Shown: positions 9,182 to 20,394 of the stretch, piece by piece
How positions within the stretch are numbered: the first letter of the stretch is position 1
How the letters are laid out: every line of letters begins with the position of its first letter
Virus record (IMG/VR): IMGVR_UViG_642791616_000001
Coordinates: 1 to 64,000 of that record
DNA from: a virus
Taxonomy: Duplodnaviria > Caudoviricetes
Direction: 5' to 3' (one strand)
Length of the DNA: 64,000 nt
Notes under the pieces: model-generated
Seen by the model: the letters and a program-made list of their open reading frames with translations, nothing else
Database searches by the model: none
Told to the model about the DNA's origin: nothing
Program-made: the position numbers and the translations under genes

Positions 9182-12100
9182 TCACGACTCCCTTCGTTCC
9201 TGTGTTGATTTCATTTTCTAATTCATCAACCAACATCTGTTTGATCTTTTCAACAAGTGAATTTTCATCTTGACCATTATGATAATGCTGCTCACCATTA
9301 AAATTAATGATGACCTGTTTTGATCCACCAGAAGCAGACGGTGCACTTGCTGTGCCAGCTGTTACTGTTTGCACCTGACCTTGTGAAAGCTCAGATGATG
9401 CAGCGTTGGCCGGATCATATACGTCCATTCCTAAAGCCTGTGCAGCTTGAGCCAACAAGTAGCGACCACGTATGCCACGCTCTTCAGGAATAATCCATTC
9501 ACGCTTGTTTCCTTCACCAACTCTAGCTATCTGTTCCTGAGTAATCAGTCCACCATTTGCATACCCCTTATATGGTCCACCGTTTCTGATACTTCGTAAT
9601 CCCGGCGTGTTGAAGACTGATCCATATCTTCCCTTAATGTAGTTAATGGCCGCAACAGCATTATGAATTGGGTTCCAAATGTCATTCATACCCTTGCCTT
9701 TATTAGAGTTAAATGTCGGCCCAATGGTTTGCATTAAGCCTTTAGATGGTGTTCCCTTTTTGGCGTTGGAATCCCATAAGTTGATCGCTCTCGGATTTCC
9801 ATTTGATTCGTGCTGAGCGATTGTCATCAGACCTGGAAGCCAGCTCATCGATGTGCCAGTTGCCATCAGAGCTGCCATGAGCCATTGCTGAACACTAAGA
9901 CCTGAAGCCCCCATACCGCTAAACGCTCCGATTAATGAACCGGCTTGATTCTCTGCGAATTTCTTCACGTCAACCGAATCAAGACCTTTGACGACACCGA
10001 TCGATGCGAATTTCCCAAGACTCATCATGACACGTGAAGGAGAATGAATGTCTAATTCTTCGCGGAAGGCTTGTTCGACTTTCTTGGCCATGTCCTTTGC
10101 CGCTTGTATCACTTCGCTTCCTTTGGACCTCATGCCACTGTTAAATGCATCAATTAGTCCAGCTCCCCAGGTAGGTGACTCTTGGCGAGCGGATAAGAAA
10201 GGTTGCCTTACATTTTGATCTAAGAATTGACCTGTGCCAGTTGGTGTCATGTTTTGACCTGCAGCAAAGCCAGTGACAGTTTGCACACCATAAAGCGGTG
10301 TTGATGCTTGAATTTGAGTAAATGGTTGCGTGATATTAGCTTGTTTCCATTGCTCCATTGAGATGACTTTATTATTTAGTCCCTTCTCGAATTCAGACGT
10401 GAACTGTTCCCCGTATTTTGATGCGTTGTCCGCGGCTCCAATTGATACCGATCCACTTGCAGAAGTGGAAACTGATGAGGCAGCAGCCGGTCTCATAGGA
10501 GAAGATGAACCAGCTTGAGAAATTGGTGAAGCACCGTTTGGCATAACAGACATACCAAGATGTGAAGCAGCTTGTGCAAGCAGCATTTTCCCTCGGCCTT
10601 TGTTATTTTCAGTCGGGATGACAAACTCCTTGCCAGCTTCTCCTATCCATGAAAGAGTTGGCTTTGTAATATAGCCGCCGGTGGCTTTCTTATCTGGCTT
10701 TTTCCCCTTAGTAGGGACTTTTTTCATACCTGTTTTTTCTTCACCTATTCCTTCAAAGAATTTAAATCCTTTTCCAGTAATCTCTTTTGCTTTATCAACC
10801 ACTTTACCAACTAAACCGAAAAAACCATTCCATATTTCTGTTAGTTTTTCTGCATGTCTTTTCAATGGTTGAAATACTTTCTCATCAAACCATCCACTCA
10901 CTACTTTCCAAATACCTTTGATGATTCTCCATGCATCCTGAAATTTTTCCCACACGAATTCAATCGCTGGCTCTGCATACTTTTTATATGGCTGCCATAC
11001 ATACTCATCAAACCATTTTGCGAGCACCACCCATGATGATTTAATCCAGTTCCATGTGCTTTTAAATAGGTTCCAGATAAACATGATAGCTGGCAATCCA
11101 ACATTGATGAAAGGCTGCCATACGAAGGTATCAAACCATACCGCAAATGTACCCCAGACAAACTGAATCCAATTCCAGAACTCGGTTAGTTTATTCCACA
11201 CCCATACGATGGCTTCAATTGCCACTGATCCAAATGGTTCCCATACATAAGTCATGAACCATGCTGAGAAAACGGACCAGGTGATTTGTATCCATTCCCA
11301 TAATTCGGTGATCTTGTTCCACACAAGAGTAATAGCAGCAACCGCAACTTGTCCATACGGAGTCCATACATTGTCCATGAACCATGTTGATGCAGCTCCC
11401 CATACGGAACTAATCACTTCCCACGCAACGACAAAAACACCAACTACAAAGTTGATGATTGGTACTGCAAAGTTATAAATAGGCAGCCACACGTTATTCA
11501 TAAACCACGAAGAAAGCTGACCCCATTTCTCTGTGATCCAGGTCCATGTATCTTCGAAGAACGTTGTAATAGGAGTTAGAACATTATCATTGAACCAACC
11601 GGAAACGGTGGACCATGTATCTTTAATCCACCGAACTGCATTCTCTGCACCTTTGACAAGCTCATCCCATTTCTTCTTGATGGTACCGTCATCAAACATC
11701 TTACCGATCCAGTTACCGAGATCGCCACCGAAGATGCTTCCTAATACCCCGCCGATAACAGTTCCGATACCAGGGGCGATCATTGTTCCGATTGCAGCTC
11801 CACCGATACCGCCGCCCAGATTCCCAGCAAAACCACCGATCTTTTCACCTTTATTATCATTGTTGATGCCGATCAGTTCTGTAGCTGCTATAGCTGTCCC
11901 GATAATAGGAATACGTTTTCCGATGCTCTTTGCACCTTTACCGACTTTACCCAAGAATCCACCGCCACGACCTTGGTTTGGCGTTGTTGGTTGTACCGGC
12001 TCACCTCTATTGATCCAAGGTTGACGATAAACAGGTGGTTGTGGATTCCTCGGTGGTCGCCCTGCTCCTCCAGCTCCGCCAATTACACCACCGCTTGTTC

Positions 12101-14147
12101 CTGCTCCCATTCCTCCTCTTAAACCTTTGCCCCATTTGTAGACGGCAAAGGCACCTGAAAGGATGGATTTGAGCGGCTTTAGTAAAGTGGCCACTTTTCC
12201 GAGGAATGCGAGTGCAAATGCATTGGCAATCAATGCACCAGCAATTGATCCTTCGCCTGTGAGAGCTTTAAAGTTGATCTCACCTATCTTCTTGGTGATA
12301 CGTATCCCCAATTGCGCCGGATCAAGAGCTTCTAAAAATGATTCAATGAATATCTTTCCTGCCTTTGCCCCAGCGTCCACGAAAGAGTCATCGGTCGATT
12401 TATCATCAATTCCAAGCAGACCGTTGATCACACCGTTTATGGTGCCGCCGTAAGTCTTACCGACATTTTCAGCCATCTTAAAAAGACCTGGTTTCCCAGT
12501 CTTTTCCCACCACGCTCCAAAAACGTCTTTTGTATTGTCTAAGACGAGCTTCCACCGAGTTTCAAAGTCCATGTTTCTGTATTTTTCTAGCTGTTCAAAG
12601 TGTTTCTGCAATTTGGGGTTATCCTTGAATTTCACCTTGAGCTCTTTCATTTGCTTCTTGGAGAGTTTTTCTCCAGGGAACAAAATTTTGAACTGATCAC
12701 CAATAAATCCGAAAACACTCTTAGTCGGATCAAGGAAGCTGTTAGCAAATTTCTTGCCCGCCTTTTCAGCTTTATTGGAAAGATCGGTTAGCACAAAAGA
12801 ATATTCCCCACGCCATGTTCTAAAGGCTTCTAGCGCTGGTTGGAACGCAGCTGCAAGTCCTTTACCCCAAGGCATCAAAATAGAGTTGTTGATAAATGAT
12901 TTTACACCAAGGAACAAGTTAGCAAGGTTATCTGACATTTTGATCATCATGTCATTGTATTGGCCAAATTCTTTTGTTACTTCCGGCCACGTTTTAGAAA
13001 TGTCTTTACCGCTCTTTGCAAGTTTTTCGAGCTTACCCCTAGCATCACCAGAGATAGCCCCCATTTCTTGTAGTGCGGCTGTTGCACTACCAATAGGACG
13101 CCCTGATTTAATGCCATCATATAGACGCCCCATCCATAGAGCCACCTCAGAAAATGGACGTTGAACACCTGCGGCAACATCCCCGACTAGTTTCATACCT
13201 TCTGTTGTAGATAAAGCGTTTCCTGTAAACACTTGGAGGACACGACTTGACTCAAAAATCTCATCACGAGTAAATGGCGTTTGACCAGCAAATGTAGTCA
13301 GTTCATCCAGACGTGCATCTGCTTTTCCTTTGCTGCCGAGCAGTGTTTCAAATGCTGTGGTCATGTTTTGTCGATCCGCTACCATTTTGAGCGGCACGAC
13401 AATACCACCTGTTGCACCGGCACCGACTCCAAGCAAACCAAGTGTACTGGTGACGGCTGACACAATCCCCCTCAAAGGTCTTGTGATAAGATCAAGGACT
13501 TTGATTGTGGTTGTGTAAGTCCGTCCCAAATGGGTATTTGCAAATGAGACAATCCCACGTGCAGGAGCGGTGAAACGATCGATCGCATTGATCGCCACCC
13601 TGTATTCAGTCCCTAACGTGTGCCGAGTATAAGACGCTATACGGCTGACTGTATTACGAACCATATCGACCGCTCTGATTGTATAGCTATATCCACGACC
13701 TAGTTGACGAGCTGCATATGATGCTATGCGCCTAATGCTTGCAGATGCCCGATCATATACGGCTATGGTAAATTGCTGAACTTTGCCCAAATTGCGATTG
13801 ATATAACGACGCAGCCTGACCAGCCCTGGTGTTGCCTGATCTTTAATACGCATCAACACGCTATGAGTACGCGGCATCTTGCGTTGTAAGAAGCCATTGA
13901 ACTTTCTCAATGCTTTTGTGGCCAGATCATTGACATCCAATGTGAGCTGATAAGTTCGAGCAAGATCACGCAATACGAAACGCTGCACACGTCTTAATGC
14001 AATCGTGGCATTGTCTCGGATTCTTAATGTGATGGGCCGCTCTGATCTGCGGCGCAATCTATCAAGTCGTTCTAGGTCCCCTCTGATCAAACGCAATTTA
14101 CGCGTGATCCGGTCTTGTAATTCAAACCGAGCGGTTAAACGAGCCAT
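9171..14147 (-). CDS. xkdO: Tape measure protein with C-terminal lytic transglycosylase
   Basis: 1658 aa; Trp-periodic repeats; ESNGNP...SKGLMQ SLT motif. Confidence 0.92.
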   Translation of the reverse strand: MARLTARFELQDRITRKLRLIRGDLERLDRLRRRSERPITLRIRDNATIALRRVQRFVLRDLARTYQLTLDVNDLATKALRKFNGFLQRKMPRTHSVLMRIKDQATPGLVRLRRYINRNLGKVQQFTIAVYDRASASIRRIASYAARQLGRGYSYTIRAVDMVRNTVSRIASYTRHTLGTEYRVAINAIDRFTAPARGIVSFANTHLGRTYTTTIKVLDLITRPLRGIVSAVTSTLGLLGVGAGATGGIVVPLKMVADRQNMTTAFETLLGSKGKADARLDELTTFAGQTPFTRDEIFESSRVLQVFTGNALSTTEGMKLVGDVAAGVQRPFSEVALWMGRLYDGIKSGRPIGSATAALQEMGAISGDARGKLEKLAKSGKDISKTWPEVTKEFGQYNDMMIKMSDNLANLFLGVKSFINNSILMPWGKGLAAAFQPALEAFRTWRGEYSFVLTDLSNKAEKAGKKFANSFLDPTKSVFGFIGDQFKILFPGEKLSKKQMKELKVKFKDNPKLQKHFEQLEKYRNMDFETRWKLVLDNTKDVFGAWWEKTGKPGLFKMAENVGKTYGGTINGVINGLLGIDDKSTDDSFVDAGAKAGKIFIESFLEALDPAQLGIRITKKIGEINFKALTGEGSIAGALIANAFALAFLGKVATLLKPLKSILSGAFAVYKWGKGLRGGMGAGTSGGVIGGAGGAGRPPRNPQPPVYRQPWINRGEPVQPTTPNQGRGGGFLGKVGKGAKSIGKRIPIIGTAIAATELIGINNDNKGEKIGGFAGNLGGGIGGAAIGTMIAPGIGTVIGGVLGSIFGGDLGNWIGKMFDDGTIKKKWDELVKGAENAVRWIKDTWSTVSGWFNDNVLTPITTFFEDTWTWITEKWGQLSSWFMNNVWLPIYNFAVPIINFVVGVFVVAWEVISSVWGAASTWFMDNVWTPYGQVAVAAITLVWNKITELWEWIQITWSVFSAWFMTYVWEPFGSVAIEAIVWVWNKLTEFWNWIQFVWGTFAVWFDTFVWQPFINVGLPAIMFIWNLFKSTWNWIKSSWVVLAKWFDEYVWQPYKKYAEPAIEFVWEKFQDAWRIIKGIWKVVSGWFDEKVFQPLKRHAEKLTEIWNGFFGLVGKVVDKAKEITGKGFKFFEGIGEEKTGMKKVPTKGKKPDKKATGGYITKPTLSWIGEAGKEFVIPTENNKGRGKMLLAQAASHLGMSVMPNGASPISQAGSSSPMRPAAASSVSTSASGSVSIGAADNASKYGEQFTSEFEKGLNNKVISMEQWKQANITQPFTQIQASTPLYGVQTVTGFAAGQNMTPTGTGQFLDQNVRQPFLSARQESPTWGAGLIDAFNSGMRSKGSEVIQAAKDMAKKVEQAFREELDIHSPSRVMMSLGKFASIGVVKGLDSVDVKKFAENQAGSLIGAFSGMGASGLSVQQWLMAALMATGTSMSWLPGLMTIAQHESNGNPRAINLWDSNAKKGTPSKGLMQTIGPTFNSNKGKGMNDIWNPIHNAVAAINYIKGRYGSVFNTPGLRSIRNGGPYKGYANGGLITQEQIARVGEGNKREWIIPEERGIRGRYLLAQAAQALGMDVYDPANAASSELSQGQVQTVTAGTASAPSASGGSKQVIINFNGEQHYHNGQDENSLVEKIKQMLVDELENEINTGTKGVVIDG

Positions 14148-14150
14148 GTC

Positions 14151-14336
14151 TTATCCCCCTTTCTTTGATTCTTTTTCTAACACTTCAAGTTTGTGGGCTA
14201 TTAACCCAAACAAAAAGGCCTTGAATTGCCTTGGCGCTTCATAGACCTCTAAGAGTTGGGACGGGGAATAATGAAGCTCATGCATACAGTAATACAAATA
14301 CACAGCTTCTTTGTTCCCGTCCTTTATTAGTTTTTT
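14151..14336 (-). CDS. -1 frameshift extension of the tail assembly chaperone (gpGT-like)
   Basis: Slippery A AAA AAC at 14330-14336 before TAA; -1 frame open (KLIKDGNKEAVYLYYCMHELH...KKGG*) to 14151. Confidence 0.8.
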   Translation of the reverse strand, partial: KKLIKDGNKEAVYLYYCMHELHYSPSQLLEVYEAPRQFKAFLFGLIAHKLEVLEKESKKGG

Positions 14337-14776
14337 GCTTCTGTTTCTAAGTCTTCAATTTCATCTTCAAAACCGTTGACCTCAATGGCTTTGTTTAACC
14401 AGTTCGCATATTCACCGCCGACAGACAGGACACGTTTTGCGACTTCAACTGGATCTTGTGTGCTGTATGCTTCGCGTAATTCTTTAGACTTAAAGTCAGG
14501 ATAGATGGTTGATTCAACCGCAATACGTGCATAGAAACGCTGGCTGTCTAAGTCTTTCACACGTCCACGACCTTTGACATTTTTGAACGTTGTGTTTTCT
14601 TTCTCCAGTTCATCGATGCGCTCCGTTGTGATTGCTTTGAATACGAATGGAATCACTTTACCTTTTTTATCAACAAAACGCTTAGAAATCGGCACTTTGA
14701 CTTCTTCCGCATCTGCTGTTTGTCCTGGCATAAAGAATGAAAGATCATATACGTTGTTTGTTTGTTTTTCGCTCAT
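14327..14776 (-). CDS. xkdN: Tail assembly chaperone XkdN-like
   Basis: GGGAG RBS, start MSEKQ; VYDLSFFMPG...GGEYANWL. Confidence 0.88.
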   Translation of the reverse strand: MSEKQTNNVYDLSFFMPGQTADAEEVKVPISKRFVDKKGKVIPFVFKAITTERIDELEKENTTFKNVKGRGRVKDLDSQRFYARIAVESTIYPDFKSKELREAYSTQDPVEVAKRVLSVGGEYANWLNKAIEVNGFEDEIEDLETEAKN

Positions 14777-14934
14777 GTTTAAAAACTCCCTTTGATTTGT
14801 TTTTTTGAATGCAAAAAAGCACATCCATTTTTTGAATGTGCTTTCCAATCTTTTCATGTATAATAAAACTCGTACAATTGAACGGCTTGCTCAAGGGTGT
14901 CTGGCTCATCCCCGATAGGAAGGGGGTGATGCCA

Positions 14935-15018
14935 ATGTCAACATTTGAAGCGATTTCCCTAATGCTTTTATTCGGGATGTTTATCTTTACTTTGTTGACG
15001 TATATAGACAAAAAATAG
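14935..15018 (+). CDS. Type I toxin peptide, BsrE/BsrH-like (27 aa)
   Basis: MSTFEAISLMLLFGMFIFTLLTYIDKK: single TM helix with basic tail; GGAAGGGGGTG RBS; opposite strand between tube and chaperone genes. Confidence 0.85.
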   Translation: MSTFEAISLMLLFGMFIFTLLTYIDKK

Positions 15019-15252
15019 ACTCCCCTTGAGCTGTGGTAGGTTGAAGGGAAAGTCTATCCTTAAAACTATCTAATTGATTAGCCAGCCCCTTGAGGGCCTC
15101 ATTGTACATTGCCGGGATGTTAGCGCATCCTGGCTTCTTTTTATTTTATGCAAATTGCTTTGCATGTAAACATACTTTATCTAAGTAGTTTTGGACTACT
15201 CAGTAGCTACTTTGTAACTACAACGTAACTACAATGTAGCTACACTGTAACT
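15010..15252 (-). ncRNA. Putative cis-antisense antitoxin RNA of the type I TA
   Basis: Extended -10 TGGTATACT (15259-15267, minus); hairpin 15017-15056 followed by T-run on minus strand; convergent with toxin; ends inferred. Confidence 0.55.
15111..15143 (+). terminator. Toxin mRNA intrinsic terminator
   Basis: GCCGGGATG-ttagcg-CATCCTGGC followed by T-rich tract. Confidence 0.7.
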
Positions 15253-15257
15253 ACAAA
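15203..15257. repeat. 5 x 11-bp tandem repeat GTA(A/G)CTACNNN
   Basis: GTAGCTACTTT GTAACTACAAC GTAACTACAAT GTAGCTACACT GTAACTACAAA. Confidence 0.9.
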
Positions 15258-15330
15258 AAGTATACCATATCGATGATGAAATTAAAAACCACATATATTC
15301 TAGTCATTCATAATGCCTTTTTTGTGGAAA

Positions 15331-15774
15331 TCAGAATGTTCCCTTCAGTTTCTCAGGAAGATCAAAGTCCTCAAACGTGAAAGGAACCTCTTCTTCAAGT
15401 GCTTCCGAATCCACATCAAGACTTGCGATCTTTGCAGAATCAAAGTTCACATCAAACAATGTGACACGCTCGGTGCCGCGGCCGGATGATTTGTCATCCA
15501 GTACAGCTTGAATGGTGAAGTATGGGTCTTCCCCTTTCTTCACGTAATTCAACATCAATTGAACGAAACGTGATGTAACTTTATAGAAAGTTGCTGTGCC
15601 GGTACCATTCGCACCGGTTGTCTTGTGACCGGTCATACGACGGCCCATGACATTGACCTCTGATTTATTCTTCTCCACGTTTGCTTCAAACGTTTTGATG
15701 AACGCCATTTCCTCACCATCGAGGAAAAGACGCCCTTCCTTACCTGAAATGGTATTCTGCGCTTTAAAAGCCAT
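15331..15774 (-). CDS. xkdM: Tail tube protein
   Basis: MAFKAQNTISGKEGRLF...EEEVPFTFEDF. Confidence 0.93.
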   Translation of the reverse strand: MAFKAQNTISGKEGRLFLDGEEMAFIKTFEANVEKNKSEVNVMGRRMTGHKTTGANGTGTATFYKVTSRFVQLMLNYVKKGEDPYFTIQAVLDDKSSGRGTERVTLFDVNFDSAKIASLDVDSEALEEEVPFTFEDFDLPEKLKGTF

Positions 15775-15775
15775 C

Positions 15776-17122
15776 TTATTTCACCTCTACATTGAAATAG
15801 AATTTTTCAGCTGCATCAACTGGTTGAACAGCTAGATCAATCAAGAAACCGTCACGATCTTCATTAAGAGCAATTACAATATCTGTTTCAGAATCAAAAC
15901 CAGTGATTCCAGATCCGTCTTGGAGCTGCGTGAGATATTGCGTGATGAGTGTTTTCACCAGCTGCAACCCGTCATCAGATGCCGGAATATCGTTCCCATT
16001 TGCTTTGCGTAACTTAATCAAATCCTTCAATTCTCTCGTTAGATCGTTGTTGATCGCATCGAGCACTCGAATGATCTTGTTTTTACCGAATGTCTTGTTT
16101 TTCTCCGTTGTATAGCTTGTTAGAGAGTTGATGTCCTTCTCAACGCTCACTGAGCGATCACGAGCATCAAACGTGAACAAGAATTCACCTTGTGATAAGC
16201 GGTATTCCACTTGATCATTATCAAGACGCTCTAAGGTATCCACAGCCCCTTCATATTCTACAAAGGTTAATGACTGATTGAAGTTTGCACCTGCAGATGC
16301 ACCAGCAACCCATGCAGTTGCTTTGGCTGGCGTAATCTCTGTGCCGTCTTCTAACAGAACACCGCTTGTGACATTGATAATTCCTTCATGATCAGCTGCG
16401 TAGTTAGCCACAACGCCTTGCACCTTACGTCCTTGATCATCACGCAGCCGCTTAATGAAAGCCACAAATGTCGCTTTTAACTGCTCGCTAGTGTTATTAG
16501 GCAGCGCGATCACGTCAAAGTATTCTGTTTCAGCTGCTTCAAGAAATGCTGTGTAATCTGCCACGCTTGGCACACCGTTTTTCCCACCGCTTAGTGTTAC
16601 GCCAGCTGTGATTGTCACTTCACCTTCACCAGAGAACGAAACATATTTATTCTGCTTCAGCTCTTTGACATCAGTGACAATCTGCTTATCAACAATGTCT
16701 GTACCAACGTAAGTCACCACGTCACGCTTGGAACTATCCAATACGTTTTCAGTGACTTGGATCGTGACCTCATTCCCTTTCTGTCCACCATAATTAGCAA
16801 GAACGTTGAAATTCTCGCTGATCTGAGCCTTTGCTGGCTCACCTTCATTCAGACGGTAAAGCAAGACCGTTTGTGCTTTTTTCTTCGCTTCTCGGAAAAG
16901 AAGCAGTGACTTGTCATCGATATTTAATCCGACTTTTTTATTTAAGTCCTCGATGCCTGAGATAGAGATGAACGTCTTAGGCTCTCCCCAGCTCATTGTG
17001 ATTGGAAGTGCAACGGTGCCACGATTACCTAACGTGATTCGCTGCTGTGCTGTGGTTTTGAAATTGAAGTAGATACCAGGACGTTTTTTCTCTGTACCTG
17101 GTGTAAAAGTACCTCCATTCAT
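15776..17122 (-). CDS. xkdK: Tail sheath protein
   Basis: MNGGTF...RPGIYFNF; KNKIIRVLD; VQPVDAAEKFY. Confidence 0.93.
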   Translation of the reverse strand: MNGGTFTPGTEKKRPGIYFNFKTTAQQRITLGNRGTVALPITMSWGEPKTFISISGIEDLNKKVGLNIDDKSLLLFREAKKKAQTVLLYRLNEGEPAKAQISENFNVLANYGGQKGNEVTIQVTENVLDSSKRDVVTYVGTDIVDKQIVTDVKELKQNKYVSFSGEGEVTITAGVTLSGGKNGVPSVADYTAFLEAAETEYFDVIALPNNTSEQLKATFVAFIKRLRDDQGRKVQGVVANYAADHEGIINVTSGVLLEDGTEITPAKATAWVAGASAGANFNQSLTFVEYEGAVDTLERLDNDQVEYRLSQGEFLFTFDARDRSVSVEKDINSLTSYTTEKNKTFGKNKIIRVLDAINNDLTRELKDLIKLRKANGNDIPASDDGLQLVKTLITQYLTQLQDGSGITGFDSETDIVIALNEDRDGFLIDLAVQPVDAAEKFYFNVEVK

Positions 17123-17124
17123 GC

Positions 17125-17349
17125 TTAAACCTCCTTAGACAAAAAAGCATCAATCTGCTTCTTTGCTTCTGTTTTTGTAATTGGTCGATCTTTGATATAA
17201 AAAAGAGCACCTTCAAGAATTTCAGGCTTTACGCCAAACAATTCCTTGCTGTGCTCTTTCAAGGCTTCAAATGAAAATGCTGCTTCTTTAGGAAGAACCG
17301 GAGCGGCTTTCTCTTCTTTCACCTGTGATTCATTTTTCGTCTTGCTCAC
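17125..17349 (-). CDS. Small phage protein upstream of sheath
   Basis: LFGVKPEILEGAL...FLSKEV; synteny with PBSX/skin. Confidence 0.7.
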   Translation of the reverse strand: MSKTKNESQVKEEKAAPVLPKEAAFSFEALKEHSKELFGVKPEILEGALFYIKDRPITKTEAKKQIDAFLSKEV

Positions 17350-17791
17350 GTTTGATCACCCCGTCTGAAAAATTTATGTCGTCAAGGCTTGGCTGCGCGT
17401 CTCTGTTGTACCAATAGGCACTATCCCATGTGAGGACAATCGTTGCCACACCTTGATCAGCAATTCTTGTTTCTGCCCTCTTAATGCGAACATATTGATC
17501 GAGCAGTTCACCTTCCTCACTGACCATTTGAATGATGTTTCGATCAGCTGATAAGGCATCAACGATGGTTTCTGCTGCATCATTAGCCTGTCCAGAGTCC
17601 TTGTGAAACACTTTAATATGCAGCGTGTATGTTTTGAGGAACGTTGAAACAGTATCGTTTTTAGTGTTTGTCCATGCTGCAGGAAAGTACATGGATGGGA
17701 TCTGAAACTGTTCAGGAATCTCTTTTTCATATACTTTCACCGGAAACCGCTTGTAACAATAATTCATGATGGCGCCGACTTCTTGATTCAT
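17330..17791 (-). CDS. xkdJ: Tail terminator-like XkdJ
   Basis: IPEQFQIPSMYFP; synteny. Confidence 0.75.
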   Translation of the reverse strand: MNQEVGAIMNYCYKRFPVKVYEKEIPEQFQIPSMYFPAAWTNTKNDTVSTFLKTYTLHIKVFHKDSGQANDAAETIVDALSADRNIIQMVSEEGELLDQYVRIKRAETRIADQGVATIVLTWDSAYWYNRDAQPSLDDINFSDGVIKREQDEK

Positions 17792-17795
17792 CTAA

Positions 17796-18302
17796 TCACC
17801 GCCCAAATTGTTCATCGATCCATTGCTGCAGCTTGCGGTCCAATGATTGTTCAAACATCTGTTCAAAGATGGATATTGCGTTATCCCAATAGCCGCTCCC
17901 CTCAACCCATTGAAATTTCAGGAGCATCCCTGTTTCGGCATTTGGGTCATATTCAAAACGATCACCAACCCATCTGCCAGGAACCCATCGTCTATCCTGA
18001 TTTTTACTAGGATCAATGGTAAAGTGTCCATCGTTTGTGTAAGATGCATATTCCAAGTTGGTCCCAACATCCAACGTTAGACCGCCACTGCTCATCGAAA
18101 AGACGTTTTCTCGATCGCCTTTCTGAAAAGAGTTAAGCAAGCGACGAGCATCCACTGTTTTTGTACGAACGACCTCATCCTGAACAATATCTAGGAACTC
18201 ATAACCCATTCCTTCAAGCCACTCTTCATATTCTGCTTGCAAGCCACCATTAACAGCTGCATTCAAATCCTCAATAAACTGATCTAAACCATCAATCCTC
18301 AA
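17796..18302 (-). CDS. xkdI: HK97 gp10-like neck protein
   Basis: VGTNLEYASYTNDGH motif. Confidence 0.8.
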   Translation of the reverse strand: MRIDGLDQFIEDLNAAVNGGLQAEYEEWLEGMGYEFLDIVQDEVVRTKTVDARRLLNSFQKGDRENVFSMSSGGLTLDVGTNLEYASYTNDGHFTIDPSKNQDRRWVPGRWVGDRFEYDPNAETGMLLKFQWVEGSGYWDNAISIFEQMFEQSLDRKLQQWIDEQFGR

Positions 18303-18655
18303 AGGCTTTCACTCCTCATCGCTACCACCTCAATGTGGTGATTTTTGATCTGTCTGGGCTTTTGGAGTTTCAATGTCACGCCTTCCCATACCACTTTGTC
18401 ATTTACTCGGACATCAGCGGTAATAGGAAAATGAACAAGGTACGATTGATGAATGGTTGCGTTTGGCTCCTGCTGTGTGATGGATTGGTTTTTCTCCGTA
18501 AAATAACATGGCTGCGCAACTTGATCAGGCTCATCAGGATATGAAAAGAGCGGCTGCGCATCTTGGACAGGTATTCCATAGCGATCTTTTGACAGCTGCT
18601 CTGTTTGCAAGTGATATATATCGCATCGATCCGTTAATAACGATTGATAGCTCAT
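18299..18655 (-). CDS. xkdH: Head closure protein XkdH/YqbH-like
   Basis: MSYQSLLTDRCDIYHL; synteny. Confidence 0.8.
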   Translation of the reverse strand: MSYQSLLTDRCDIYHLQTEQLSKDRYGIPVQDAQPLFSYPDEPDQVAQPCYFTEKNQSITQQEPNATIHQSYLVHFPITADVRVNDKVVWEGVTLKLQKPRQIKNHHIEVVAMRSESL

Positions 18656-19044
18656 AGCGATCTCAACCTTAATTTGACGCTGCCTGGATCTTCTGGCGGT
18701 TCTCCCGGCTCAATGAAATCTATCAACAGGTTATACACATCTGGCTTTGAAACGGCGTTACCATCTGCCAAGGTGTATGAATAGTCACCGATCTTTTCCG
18801 ACTTGTACCCTTTTATGATTGATTCATCGCCGTTGATCAATGCGAAAAACTGTGCCATTTTAATCAATGCGATCTTCGCCTTTTCAGGAAGCAGCTGATA
18901 TTTTTCGGCTGTGAAGTCATGACCTACAATCTGAAATACCGCAGCTTCTGCTTCGATAATGTCGCTTGTTAATAATTCTTCGGAGCGGTTTTTCACGCTC
19001 TCGAATACGGTATATGCCCTAACATCTTCAGGAGAGATCAGCAT
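18652..19044 (-). CDS. Head-tail connector (YqbG-like)
   Basis: KGYKSEKIGDYSYTL motif. Confidence 0.75.
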   Translation of the reverse strand: MLISPEDVRAYTVFESVKNRSEELLTSDIIEAEAAVFQIVGHDFTAEKYQLLPEKAKIALIKMAQFFALINGDESIIKGYKSEKIGDYSYTLADGNAVSKPDVYNLLIDFIEPGEPPEDPGSVKLRLRSL

Positions 19045-19049
19045 CAGCC

Positions 19050-19445
19050 TTACTCTCCTGTTTTTTCTTGTTGCTGTTGATTTTCAAGGATGAAGGCAAT
19101 TCTTTCACTTTCATTCTTGAACTCAGACGGATCGCCGCCAAGATCAACAATAACGGCTTCTTGTCCATCTTTCTTCATATCCTTCAATTCAGTTTCAGTG
19201 TAGATTTTTTGTTCTTGTTGCGGTTCTTCTTCCTCTTCCACAGGCTTATCATCTTCTTTTGGTTGATCATCCGTTTTTGGATCATCAGCAGGAACATCAA
19301 GCTGCTTACAATCAAAAAACTCATTGCCATCGAGATATTGAAACACCTTTTTCTCAATATCTTTCTCCTGATTTAAAAGAAAGACATGACCCATCACAGA
19401 GTATGTCTTTCCCTTGATCAAAACCGCTGAGTACATATTGATCAC
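19050..19445 (-). CDS. YqbF-like head-associated protein
   Basis: [12 protein letters not shown]-terminus, acidic linker, helical C-terminal domain. Confidence 0.65.
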   Translation of the reverse strand: MINMYSAVLIKGKTYSVMGHVFLLNQEKDIEKKVFQYLDGNEFFDCKQLDVPADDPKTDDQPKEDDKPVEEEEEPQQEQKIYTETELKDMKKDGQEAVIVDLGGDPSEFKNESERIAFILENQQQQEKTGE

Positions 19446-20371
19446 TCCTTGACCTTGATGATCTTAGCAACAGCATCCTCTTCCTCAAATTTGCTGTCGA
19501 GCTTCGCAGTCAACACAATGATGAATTTACGTCTACGGATGTCCTTATCAACCTCAATACGAATATTGCGAGAGAAGCCAAGGATGATGTTTTTCGGATG
19601 AGTCAATAAGATGTCCGAAACATCTGTGCCGTCCTCTCCCATTTCATATGGCTGCATGTTTGCAATTCCTTTGACCGGCACACCGAATGCAGAAGAAAGT
19701 CCACCTTGTACAGCTGCATCCCCTAGATTCGTTTGACGATCCGCTACTTTGTCTTTCCACTCGACTTCTTGTCCTGGAGACGTGTAAAAACGGAACTCTT
19801 GCGGAATACGCAAATATTTAGATGGAACAGCTTTGTATCCTTGTTTGAATACTTGGCGAGTAAGTGGTTCACCGGCAACATCTACAATATGAGATTCCGC
19901 TTGCTTACGAATACCATCAAGTTGCGCTAGGTATGCATCACTAGATTTCGTATCACCATTCAAAATCAATTCTTCAATATCAACGGCTGCACGCTCAGCG
20001 AGCATTTGCATGATAGTATTTTGTAAATTATCACCCTCGATGTTATTTTCAAGCGTGTCATATGTGATATTTACTTCAGCGATGACTTCTTTTGCATTAA
20101 GTTCCACAGTGCTTGTTGTTGGCGCAGTCTTTTGCTCATTAGTTAAACCTACACCTTCCACACCAGGACGCAGAATGCGCTGACCAAAACCGATTTTTTC
20201 AATTTTTTGTGCATCACTATCCATTGGAATGACACGTGCATCTTGTAGCAATGTTGGTGCATTTTGCACCATACGGATGAATGTGCTAGATTGGGTCGGA
20301 TTCATGAGACCGCCTGTCTTTAAAGTAGCAAGCGTCACTTCCGCTTTGTTAATTACCTCTTGATTTCTCAC
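19442..20371 (-). CDS. xkdG: Major capsid protein
   Basis: GTG start after GGAGG; [30 protein letters not shown]. Confidence 0.9.
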   Translation of the reverse strand: MRNQEVINKAEVTLATLKTGGLMNPTQSSTFIRMVQNAPTLLQDARVIPMDSDAQKIEKIGFGQRILRPGVEGVGLTNEQKTAPTTSTVELNAKEVIAEVNITYDTLENNIEGDNLQNTIMQMLAERAAVDIEELILNGDTKSSDAYLAQLDGIRKQAESHIVDVAGEPLTRQVFKQGYKAVPSKYLRIPQEFRFYTSPGQEVEWKDKVADRQTNLGDAAVQGGLSSAFGVPVKGIANMQPYEMGEDGTDVSDILLTHPKNIILGFSRNIRIEVDKDIRRRKFIIVLTAKLDSKFEEEDAVAKIIKVKE

Positions 20372-20394
20372 TCTAGTTCCTCCTTTTTCTCGGC

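Noticed and set aside
10850-11680. Trp-periodic repeats in xkdO
   Set aside because: Ordinary tape-measure repeats
15203-15257. Possible mini-CRISPR array
   Set aside because: 11-bp units with no spacers and no cas genes; kept only as a tandem repeat
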